DNA from: a virus
Lineage: Duplodnaviria > Caudoviricetes
Length of the DNA stretch: 64,000 nucleotides
Virus record (IMG/VR): IMGVR_UViG_3300035512_000144
Span: 1 to 64,000 of that record
Strand: one strand, 5' to 3'
The notes beneath the pieces were generated by a model. It had not been told where the DNA came from. It did no database searches and saw nothing but the letters and a program-made list of their open reading frames with translations. Positions 19,164-27,128 of the stretch are shown here, piece by piece; the first letter of the stretch is position 1, and each line of letters opens with the position of its first letter. Made by a program: the position numbers and the translations under genes.

Positions 19164-20261
19164 TTATTCAGTTTTCAACAGGTTTACAGCTCGTTTGATT
19201 TCCTCTTCCGTAATGAGTGCTGACTGGAAGCGTATAAGTTTCTGACCATCGTTTGACTTAAAAAGCCCATCTCCGTTTCCTCTAAGTGTTTCAGCCCCAT
19301 TTGAGCCAAGAATCATCCGACTGTTAAGCTTATCTACCGTTGCAAATCCGGCGCGGCATTGGAAGTTGCTTTTCAGCATTCCAGATATCACTTCCGCTTC
19401 AGGTCTTTGCGTTGATAAGATAACGTGGATTCCGCTTGCCCTTGCCTTTGCCGTAAGTCTTGATACATCATCCACAACCTTGTCTCCCTCCGATAAAATA
19501 AGGTCTGCCATTTCCTCAATATAGACCACGATCCGCGGTAGCTTGCCTTTTACGCTTGCGTTATATGAAGCAATATCTCGGCACTTATTCTTTGCAAATA
19601 ATTCATATCGCAAGTCCATTTCCTCACACAGAATTTCAAGCTTTTTCCGCGCCGTCTTACTTTCCGTGATAATACTGGAAACTTGCGGAACACCCTTATA
19701 AAATCCAAATTCAACCGTTTTCGGGTCTATCAGAATCAGCTTCAAATCTTCCTTTGAGTATTGAAGTAAAAGCGATAACACGATATTGTGTGCAAATACC
19801 GACTTTCCGCTACCAGTTTGACCACCGATAAGAAAATGTGGCATAGTCGCAAGGTCATATGTTATTCCGCTACCGTCTAATGCTTCTCCGATTGATATAA
19901 ACAATCCTTCCTTGTAGTTTTCAATCTTATTTAATTCCTCAATACAATCTGCAAATCCGTATGTTCCGCGTTCATTGTTTGGGACTTCAATGCACACATA
20001 CTTTCCGTCCTGCGCAATCCTGCAACCATTCGTATTAAATATGGAATTAAACTCACGAACCTTTCCGAGAAGAAATTTGATATAGTGCGGTTTAACTTCC
20101 ACGTCATATCTTGTTGCAGCCGTTCCGCAATAGATTCCTTTTACATCCGCGTCAATGAACAACTGACTTTGGAATATCCGTTCCAAATCTTCCTTGTTCA
20201 TGACCGTTTCTTCATGCTTAACCGAATGATTAAAGCAATCTAAAAATTTACTGTCTATCAT
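19164..20261 (-). CDS. Soluble FtsK/SpoIIIE-like ATPase (alpha-beta motor only; no TM or gamma domain)
   Basis: PHFLIGGQTGSGKS, LIDPK, VVYIEEMADL, STQRP, AETLRGNGDGL. Confidence 0.9.
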   Translation of the reverse strand: MIDSKFLDCFNHSVKHEETVMNKEDLERIFQSQLFIDADVKGIYCGTAATRYDVEVKPHYIKFLLGKVREFNSIFNTNGCRIAQDGKYVCIEVPNNERGTYGFADCIEELNKIENYKEGLFISIGEALDGSGITYDLATMPHFLIGGQTGSGKSVFAHNIVLSLLLQYSKEDLKLILIDPKTVEFGFYKGVPQVSSIITESKTARKKLEILCEEMDLRYELFAKNKCRDIASYNASVKGKLPRIVVYIEEMADLILSEGDKVVDDVSRLTAKARASGIHVILSTQRPEAEVISGMLKSNFQCRAGFATVDKLNSRMILGSNGAETLRGNGDGLFKSNDGQKLIRFQSALITEEEIKRAVNLLKTE

Positions 20262-20601
20262 TCTGATTTTCTCCTATCTGATATTTATTCATATCTAAAT
20301 ATGCTTCACGAGCATTTCTGTATAAGTCACCACGTTCCTGCTTAATGAATTGCAGAATCAACATATCCGATTCCCATACAGAATTATTGGGATTTTTGTT
20401 GTCACAATACTCCATCAACTTTTCATCCAATTTTGTTATGTCTATTCTGACCGAACCGCTTATTCTGTATAAAGCCCCTGCATCATTTGCCAGTTCTGAT
20501 ATAACCTTTTTGGACAACTTATATCTGATTTCGCAATCATCAAGTGTCGCAAATTTTACTATGCTATTGTCTTTTGGCTTAAATCTTCGTTTTGCTTTCA
20601 T
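20248..20601 (-). CDS. Excisionase-like winged HTH protein (DUF6462-like)
   Basis: CEIRYKLSKKVISELANDAGALYRISGSVRIDITKL. Start at 20601 (or 20610) follows AAGGA. The stop overlaps the FtsK start by 14 nt. Confidence 0.6.
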   Translation of the reverse strand: MKAKRRFKPKDNSIVKFATLDDCEIRYKLSKKVISELANDAGALYRISGSVRIDITKLDEKLMEYCDNKNPNNSVWESDMLILQFIKQERGDLYRNAREAYLDMNKYQIGENQNDRQ

Positions 20602-20639
20602 GTCAAACATCCTTAATATTGGTGTGCTTGTGTCGGCGC

Positions 20640-20934
20640 TTTCGATTACCTTGATAATCCGTATGGGTATCGTACAATGGTGGAATGAAGATTGCAGACA
20701 TTGTCGCTCGATATCCTTTATAAATCTTAATGGTCTCATACACACAGAAAAACCACTATGCACCTACTTCGATACCCTTATCATTTCGTATAGGTGTCTA
20801 CCTCTGTATGGTATCTGGCACAATGCAAATACCGTTCGATACCCTTGTGAAATCGTATGGGTCTCATCCACTTTTGTTTTGAACAATACAATATTCTAGT
20901 TCGATACCCTTGTGAAATCGTATGGGTCTCATCC
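20640..20934 (-). CRISPR. Mini CRISPR-like array A: 5 repeats, 4 spacers
   Basis: 36-nt GTTCGATACCCTTGTGAAATCGTATGGGTCTCATCC (+ strand) exact at 20834 and 20899. Degenerate copies (26-27/36) at 20640, 20706 and 20767. Spacers 30/25/31/29 nt. Confidence 0.85.
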
Positions 20935-21074
20935 CTCAAGAAACATCTGTTCTGTTTTTATACCCTTACTTAACAAGGTATATGCGTAGACGGTTTCTAT
21001 CAGCCATATAGACTAATCACTAGACGTTTTCCGCATAAGTTTTGAGTTTTACCTCTTAGGACAATCGTTTGCCC
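20935..21074 (-). ncRNA. tracrRNA/omegaRNA-like scaffold A
   Basis: Homologous to 22675-22811; 5' hairpin GGGCAA-ACGA-TTGTCC; anti-repeat-like segments; starts about 10 nt after the effector stop. Confidence 0.7.
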
Positions 21075-21084
21075 TTCTTCAATT

Positions 21085-22464
21085 TTATTTCAGCGCAAGA
21101 TACATCTCTCTTGCGTATCTCTGCCTATAATCATTTTCCGACCTGTCGATATCTTTTATTTTCAGCTTTACCACAGTACCGCTATCAGCAGATGCTAACT
21201 TTGTTTCTATCAGCGTTACCAACATAGCAGGAGCATTATGACCGACTGAATATCCTGCTTTGCTTTTCTTTTCATTTTCATTCTCAGTCTCTTTCTTCCG
21301 CATTGCCGCCGCTTGAAAGGGATAATCGTTGACCATAATCATATTTCCATGAGACAAAATCTCATTTGCGATCGCGATTCTTTCCAGTTTTCGATTTTCG
21401 GCTTGTACCCGGTGCAAATCTCGCAACTCTGCAACCGCCTTGTGATATCCGTTTGAAAAATTCCATTTCAGCCGATAACGATTACCGTCAAAATAAATGC
21501 CTTTCTTACAAGTGCCATCCTCGTTGAAATTTTCGGGATTCATAGCGCGTCTTGAATTGTCAAGGTACTGTTGTAAGGCTTTTATTTTCGTGTCATAGTA
21601 AATGTCTGTATCTGTATCTTCAAGGCTTATATCCGTAAAGGTTTCACCGTCTGACGTGTAGACCACATGAGACGTATCAATATACATTCCAACCTTGCCT
21701 TTATTGATAGGATTCTTTTCGTTGCCGTCCTTGTCATACTTGGTGACAGGTGCTTTATCAATCGTTATCTGAACGTACCATTTCAATGTTCCACGGACTT
21801 CTTTATTGATAATGCGCACCTGTTTATATGATTCCAAATCAAGCATTTCCAGTTTGTAATAGTCTTTCGGGTCTAACTTCAACGGCATTTTGATTGTCTT
21901 GCCATGTGCCGTACTGTAAACGCAATACAGTTTCCTGCCGTTTGCGTTCCCTCTGACCTTTTCCCAATCATCATCAACAATGCGTATTCCGCTTTTACCC
22001 TGTGAAACCATGGAATACCATTCGCCTTTACGCTTAAACTTTATCTGTCTGCCACTTCCGAAAAAGTAATCATCAAATGCCGCCCACATAGCAGGTGCAA
22101 TCGTGTTTCCTGCGACCTCACTCGGAATATTCATATTGAAATGTTTATAGAAACTCGTTGTGTCTCCGACAAATCCCATCTTGGAAAATCTGTACTCTTT
22201 CATAAGGTCATTCTTCGTCTGACACGCCGCCTTGAAATCAGCGTCTTTCTTTCTCTCCGCAGGCTCCATGTTTTTGTACGCATTAGCGATAACTTCCTTC
22301 GCTTGCTTGTATTCGGGTCTACGTTCCATTTCCCTAAGTTTCTTCAACTCATATCCCAACATGGAATTGTAAATTTGTCGGCAAATCTCAAACCGCTTTA
22401 CAAGTGCGTCTGACTGCCATTTCTCTGTTTTTAGTGGGATTGTGACTACACTCATTGCTCCCAT
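21085..22464 (-). CDS. Nuclease-dead TnpB/Cas12f-like RNA-guided DNA-binding protein
   Basis: Clostridial TnpB-family motifs: TIPLKTEKWQ..RQIYN, LDNSRRAMNPENFNEDGT.KKG, GYSVGHNAPAML. RuvC sites read GMYID, VNDY and REMY. No Zn finger. Confidence 0.85.
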   Translation of the reverse strand: MGAMSVVTIPLKTEKWQSDALVKRFEICRQIYNSMLGYELKKLREMERRPEYKQAKEVIANAYKNMEPAERKKDADFKAACQTKNDLMKEYRFSKMGFVGDTTSFYKHFNMNIPSEVAGNTIAPAMWAAFDDYFFGSGRQIKFKRKGEWYSMVSQGKSGIRIVDDDWEKVRGNANGRKLYCVYSTAHGKTIKMPLKLDPKDYYKLEMLDLESYKQVRIINKEVRGTLKWYVQITIDKAPVTKYDKDGNEKNPINKGKVGMYIDTSHVVYTSDGETFTDISLEDTDTDIYYDTKIKALQQYLDNSRRAMNPENFNEDGTCKKGIYFDGNRYRLKWNFSNGYHKAVAELRDLHRVQAENRKLERIAIANEILSHGNMIMVNDYPFQAAAMRKKETENENEKKSKAGYSVGHNAPAMLVTLIETKLASADSGTVVKLKIKDIDRSENDYRQRYAREMYLALK

Positions 22465-22506
22465 TGTTTTCTCCTTCTTTCATTTACTATCCGAGACGTG
22501 GATGTG

Positions 22507-22674
22507 GCTCGATATCCTTACAAAATAAGATACCTCTCGTACTCCGTCTACAAGCTTATAACATAACTGATAGTTCGATACCCTTGTCAAAAGATATCTT
22601 TCTCGTACAATGGTATGCCATAAATCCGAGTGATACCGGTTCGATACACTTGTGAAAATCTATACCTCTCGCAC
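22507..22674 (-). CRISPR. Mini CRISPR-like array B: 3 repeats, 2 spacers
   Basis: 36-nt repeats at 22507, 22573 and 22639 (period 66) share G(T/C)TCGATA..CTT with array A; both spacers are 30 nt. Confidence 0.75.
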
Positions 22675-22811
22675 CTCAAAGCACGTCTGTTCGATTTCGA
22701 GATATCCAGTTTACAAGGTGCTAGGTAGACGGCTTCTTCCATGCGTATAGCATAGACACTGACCGTTTTCCCATTGCGTTTTGCATTTCTGCTTCGGTCA
22801 ATCGTTTGACC
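22675..22811 (-). ncRNA. tracrRNA/omegaRNA-like scaffold B
   Basis: Collinear blocks shared with scaffold A: CTCAA, TCTGTTC, ACAAGGT, GTAGACGG, CGTTTTCC, GTTTTG, CAATCGTTTG. Perfect hairpin GGTCAA-ACGA-TTGACC. Confidence 0.7.
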
Positions 22812-22819
22812 GCTATAAT

Positions 22820-23143
22820 CTATTTATCCTTAATCCTCTCCAACTGCCTGCGAACCTTGTAATCTTTCGCCTGCTCGACCATGTCCTCACAGTTCAAAAG
22901 TACTTTCATTTGCGCAAGCATGACCTCTACGTCTGCGATTTCTTCAACCATGTTGTTGAAACAAGCACTCTTTTCAAACTCGTTGGTTTTCCGAATGCCG
23001 TAAAATTCAACGACTCCGCAACCTAATTCCTTTCTCCAAAACTTGTTGACAGCCTGCGTCAGCTCCGCCATTTCTTCAATGAGCTGTCTGCTCTGCGCGT
23101 CATAGCCGTAATGCCTTGCAATATGCTCAATTGCCTTACTCAT
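22820..23143 (-). CDS. MazG-like nucleotide pyrophosphohydrolase
   Basis: LIEEMAELTQAVNK ... EEIADVEVML. Confidence 0.75.
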   Translation of the reverse strand: MSKAIEHIARHYGYDAQSRQLIEEMAELTQAVNKFWRKELGCGVVEFYGIRKTNEFEKSACFNNMVEEIADVEVMLAQMKVLLNCEDMVEQAKDYKVRRQLERIKDK

Positions 23144-23321
23144 TATTTTTGTCACCTCTCCTGCTCTTGATGTAGTCGCAAGTGTCAAATATGCTCATTA
23201 CAAGCCAATACACACAGGCAAACGCCCATGCACACTTGGCTGTCGTGCCATCTAATACCGCCACATTCATAGCACTCAAAATCGCGATTGCATAACCGCC
23301 AATAATCTTCACTACTTCCAT
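23136..23321 (-). CDS. Small two-TM membrane protein
   Basis: Two hydrophobic stretches; coupled on both sides. Confidence 0.5.
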   Translation of the reverse strand: MEVVKIIGGYAIAILSAMNVAVLDGTTAKCAWAFACVYWLVMSIFDTCDYIKSRRGDKNNE

Positions 23322-23929
23322 TACCCTGTTTCCTCCAATTCTTCCAAAATTCCTACCGACATTTCATAAGCTGTTCGCGTTTCAGACACTCCGTTGTCCA
23401 GTGCTTTCAGATACTCCCTTGACTGCATTCTCCCAAATGTTGTCAGTTGATATCCCACTGGACATTCTGATATGTACCTCGCGTTCCTGCCCCATGCGAT
23501 ACACGGTATATAATCACTTCTGTTGTATTTCCTCCGCACAGCTAACAGAAAATCGCAAATTTCTCTTCCGCTAGGGGATAGTCTGTATACTGGTTGAGTT
23601 ACAATGCGACCGCGCAACATTGACTGGTTTTCCAAATACAGAACATTTACCGTCTCAATACATTGTGCGAAAATGTAAACTTTCAAATGCCTGTCTGCAT
23701 CTCTCCATGTGCGTATTTCCCCAGTAACAACTACATAATCGCCGCGCGATGCTTGCGCTCTTAACCGCTCTGATACAATCACACAGACTGTGTCAATCGC
23801 TCCGCTGCTGCGCATTGATTCAACGTAAAAGCTGTAAAAATTCTCGCCGCGGTTCGTGTCGTACAATTCCATGCCGGATATGGTTTCACCGCCAAACACT
23901 ATATGGTTGTTATCGCTCATGCCCCTCAT
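23321..23929 (-). CDS. ssb: Single-stranded DNA-binding protein (double OB fold)
   Basis: R.SGAIDTV..I; GEIRT; YRLSP.GREICDFLLAV.R.YNRSDYIPCIAWGRNA; GRMQSREY. Confidence 0.85.
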   Translation of the reverse strand: MRGMSDNNHIVFGGETISGMELYDTNRGENFYSFYVESMRSSGAIDTVCVIVSERLRAQASRGDYVVVTGEIRTWRDADRHLKVYIFAQCIETVNVLYLENQSMLRGRIVTQPVYRLSPSGREICDFLLAVRRKYNRSDYIPCIAWGRNARYISECPVGYQLTTFGRMQSREYLKALDNGVSETRTAYEMSVGILEELEETG

Positions 23930-24360
23930 TCACCTCTCCAACGATTTTTCCATCGTTAATCTCAAATGACATTCCGAGATTGTAGTGAATAACCTCTAAA
24001 TCCTCCAGTGACATCTTGTTAAAATCTGTAATAATCATTTCCTTTTCTCCCTCCTAAACTTGTCTAACATCTTGGTTTTTCCAGTTTATTTGTTGATAAC
24101 TTTCAAATAAAACTCTGTTTCTTCAATCAGCATCCAGTCATTAGCTTTCAGACTGTACGCTGATAAGCATTCTTTCTGACTCCTGGTCAGTCTCTTTGTC
24201 TGTTTCATCACTTCTTACCGCTTGAAATGATTATTGCAATGATTACCAACACAACAACCAGTAACATCACAGCGAAAATCGCCGCGGCAAATCCCGCCCA
24301 AAACGCATTCACATACACATCAATCACCTTCCTCTCTCACAATGTCCTTTACTCCGTCAA

Positions 24361-24792
24361 TCACCCTTTCGCGTCCACGTACTGCACAAAGCATCTGCCG
24401 CCTGTCAGTTTCATCCACTCGACACATTCCTCATATGTCGGAAAATATATGTCAATGCACTTGCCGGATTCGATACTCCCGATGCCGTCACCGTCAGCAT
24501 CACCTCCAAATCCAGTATCAAGACATTCAAAAATCCCTAACAGTTCGCCGATTTCTCCGTCATTATTCGCATAGACAAGTGCCGTCATGCCTAGCTTGTC
24601 CTGTGCCACCGCGCATATGCCTTTTCTGACCGCTGTGCCTGTTGCCGTAGTCGTTCCTTGGCAATAGGCTATCGTGTGCATCTTGATTACTTCCGGCTCC
24701 TGTTCCTCCGCATATGATGTGCTGGTGCATATAATAAGAAGAAACAAGACTAATGCTCCGGCGATTTTACAAGTTAATCTATGCGTTTTCAT
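24361..24792 (-). CDS. Secreted 3D-domain protein
   Basis: Signal-like N-terminus; TIAYC..TTTATG..GICAV; ECLDTG; CIDIYF. Confidence 0.65.
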   Translation of the reverse strand: MKTHRLTCKIAGALVLFLLIICTSTSYAEEQEPEVIKMHTIAYCQGTTTATGTAVRKGICAVAQDKLGMTALVYANNDGEIGELLGIFECLDTGFGGDADGDGIGSIESGKCIDIYFPTYEECVEWMKLTGGRCFVQYVDAKG

Positions 24793-25505
24793 GTCTCGCT
24801 CCTTTGCAACAGCTTCCTAATTCCATCAACGCCCTTTTGGTAGACAAGCGTTTTAATGCTGATACATTCCTCGCCGTTCCTCTGATAGTGCTGTTCGATT
24901 ACGTTAAACCAACCATTGTCAACGTACTTCTGATACGGCTGATTCCTTGTGTCAAGCACCTTGGCATTTCGCAGGAACTCAAACAAGTGGTTGCGACCAT
25001 ATCCTTTTATACCCAGTGCCTTTGCGACTTCCTGCATGGAAATTGCGTCCTTACTTCCGGCTACTGCGTCAAAAAATTCTGCCTTTGGATGCATTTCCTT
25101 GTTTTCAAGTGTCAGTCTTTCATTGTCCTCTACCGTTACAAGAAGTTGTTGCAGTGCCTCCTTGTATGTCTGTGGCAAGTGGTAGCCGCCTATCTTGCGG
25201 ATAGACGGTAGAACTTCGCTTGTTACCCAATGCTTAAACTTCTTTGCATTCGGCAATTTGCTACCGAGAACCAATCCATATAGCCCCGATTCGTTTATCA
25301 GCAACGTGTTTCTGTTTTGCGTTCCGTCAAACAATGGAACAATACGCCTGTCCTCTTCATCGGTATGCCGTTCAATATCTCGACTACCGTTTTGGTACTC
25401 CAGCTTTTCTGTTATGTCTTTGCCAATAAACCAAACGTCATTGTCAATCGTTACTGTTCGTATTTCTCCAAACTCTTCATTACTGAATATCTGTAATTCG
25501 TGCAT
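24789..25505 (-). CDS. Phage antirepressor (Bro-N + ANT/KilA-C)
   Basis: FGEIRTV..WFIGKD; INESGLY..SKLP.AKKFKHWVTSEVLPSIRK.G; PKAEFFDAV; GRNHLFEFLR. Confidence 0.92.
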   Translation of the reverse strand: MHELQIFSNEEFGEIRTVTIDNDVWFIGKDITEKLEYQNGSRDIERHTDEEDRRIVPLFDGTQNRNTLLINESGLYGLVLGSKLPNAKKFKHWVTSEVLPSIRKIGGYHLPQTYKEALQQLLVTVEDNERLTLENKEMHPKAEFFDAVAGSKDAISMQEVAKALGIKGYGRNHLFEFLRNAKVLDTRNQPYQKYVDNGWFNVIEQHYQRNGEECISIKTLVYQKGVDGIRKLLQRSET

Positions 25506-25692
25506 GACCTATCTCCTTCTAAAAAATGTGATATAATCTCCATATCAAAAATGATAGGAGGTGATTTTTTGGCAAAATGCCCTTTAAACAATTTCAAAGA
25601 ATGCTTTGGAAGTGAATGCGAATTGTATGTTACTCGTACTGGATGCTGTTCTTTTACACTGACCGCCAAATCGTGTGAAAATCTTGAGAACA

Positions 25693-26127
25693 TTAGCCTA
25701 TGTCTCGAACATCTAAAATGTTCGCATACGCATTCGACAAATGGCACATAGTTTCGGAATATTCAGTCAAGCCGGATTTCCAACCATTACCGTTATCTTT
25801 GGCATTCCTGCTTTCCTCTGCCAATAGCTGAATCTGTTGGTAGAGGATTTTCAAAACGCTGTCTGTTTGATTCTCTTTGCTACAATCTGTGCAAACTGGT
25901 TTCTCTTCTTCTACATCATCTAACAAATCAGATTTTTTTATTTTGAAGTAATCAGCCAGTCTCTGCATTCTCCAAACACTAGGAATACTGTTGCCGTTGC
26001 ACCACATATTCAATGTTGTTTTCTCAATGCCTAAATCTCGCGCAACATCAATCTGACGCTTGCCGTTAAGCGACATATATTTGTTAAGGTTCTTTGCAAA
26101 AATCTGTTTCTGTTTATCGCCGTCCAT
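25693..26127 (-). CDS. XRE-family HTH regulator
   Basis: RQIDVARDLGIEKTTLNMWCNGNSIP..LADYF. Confidence 0.8.
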   Translation of the reverse strand: MDGDKQKQIFAKNLNKYMSLNGKRQIDVARDLGIEKTTLNMWCNGNSIPSVWRMQRLADYFKIKKSDLLDDVEEEKPVCTDCSKENQTDSVLKILYQQIQLLAEESRNAKDNGNGWKSGLTEYSETMCHLSNAYANILDVRDIG

Positions 26128-26151
26128 GTTTTCACATCTCCTTTCTGCTAA

Positions 26152-26331
26152 TCAATTTAGATAAGATAATAGATAATGCACAAAGGCTACTATTTTATCT
26201 AAATACGCTAATACATTGATAAAAAATGCGACTACGGCAAGAACTAATGCCAAATTTGAAAGCCTGTTCGCCTCGTCAAGATTACGCTTGATTTGCTCGT
26301 CAACAGAAAGGTTATTGTTTTGGTTTTTCAT
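26152..26331 (-). CDS. 59-aa single-TM protein (below the ORF-track cutoff)
   Basis: Translated by hand: MKNQNNNL...LALVLAVVAFFINVLAYL... Confidence 0.45.
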   Translation of the reverse strand: MKNQNNNLSVDEQIKRNLDEANRLSNLALVLAVVAFFINVLAYLDKIVAFVHYLLSYLN

Positions 26332-26346
26332 GTCCAGTTCCTTTCT

Positions 26347-26568
26347 CTACTCAATGAAGTCTGTCACAGGTACGCCGAACACGTCAGCAATCATTCTTAA
26401 CTTTTCCAGTTTCAAGTCATATTCGCCGTTCTTCCACTGTGATAATACTGCTGTCGAAATCTTACCTTCCGATTTAATTGATACTTGATAAGGGGTCATG
26501 TTGCGCTCTGCGCACAACTTTTTGAACTTTAGATAAGCAAAAGACGAATTTTCCTTAATTTCTGCCAT
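26347..26568 (-). CDS. cro: Cro-like HTH repressor
   Basis: TPYQVSIKSEGKISTAVLSQWKNGEY..IADVFGV; first lytic gene, divergent from cI. Confidence 0.75.
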   Translation of the reverse strand: MAEIKENSSFAYLKFKKLCAERNMTPYQVSIKSEGKISTAVLSQWKNGEYDLKLEKLRMIADVFGVPVTDFIE

Positions 26569-26587
26569 TTTTCTCCTTTCAGAAGTA

Positions 26588-26616
26588 TTGACATTAACTA
26601 AGTTTACTTATATAAT
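26588..26616 (+). promoter_or_regulatory. Consensus sigmaA promoter toward cI
   Basis: TTGACA-17 nt-TATAAT. Confidence 0.85.
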
Positions 26617-26698
26617 CAGAGTTACCACACACCGAAAATATATTGACTAAGTTATGTTTCTTAATACTTCAATTTCAACTAAGATTTGTTACTCCCAA

Positions 26699-26727
26699 AT
26701 AGTAACATACATTTCTTAGCACGTCAA
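26699..26727 (-). promoter_or_regulatory. sigmaA promoter toward cro (lytic)
   Basis: TTGACG-17 nt-TACTAT on the minus strand. Confidence 0.7.
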
Positions 26728-26771
26728 TACTTTTTCGCTAACTTTTGTTTGTTATTTTTGAGGGGATCTCA

Positions 26772-27128
26772 ATGGATGATATTTATGAAAGGTTTGAAGA
26801 ACTGCTAAAAATGCGCGGTGTGACCACTTATCAAGTATCACAGGCTACTGGAATAGCGACATCAACTTTTAGTAATTGGAAGAAAGGCAAGTATACGCCA
26901 AAACGACCAAAATTAAAACTAATAGCCGATTTTTTTGGGATAAGCGTTGATTATTTTATAATGGGTCGGGAAGTTGAGGACGATTTCAAAGAAGGAAACG
27001 ACCATTTAATCGCTCAAATACGGTGTGACGTAGAATTGTCTAGGGTTTTACCGAAATATTTTGAATTGTCCGAAAATAAGAAAAAACACATTATAGAATT
27101 GATTGATTATCTAAGTGAGGATTTATAA
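26772..27128 (+). CDS. cI: CI-like XRE repressor
   Basis: TTYQVSQATGIATSTFSNWKKGKYTP..IADFFGISVDY. Confidence 0.8.
   Translation: MDDIYERFEELLKMRGVTTYQVSQATGIATSTFSNWKKGKYTPKRPKLKLIADFFGISVDYFIMGREVEDDFKEGNDHLIAQIRCDVELSRVLPKYFELSENKKKHIIELIDYLSEDL

Noticed and set aside
20602-20763. N-terminal extension of ORF 20248-20763
   Set aside because: It runs through the repeat array; the RBS supports a start at 20601 or 20610.
20640-22674. Reading the locus as an orphan type II or VI array, a TIGR array or an IS200/IS605/IS607 element
   Set aside because: There is no cas9, cas13, cas1, Nop-domain gene or TnpA. The period is 61-67 nt, not 36. The GTT-start resemblance to type II repeats on the + strand is outweighed by the G-U hairpin polarity and operon direction, though orientation is not proven.
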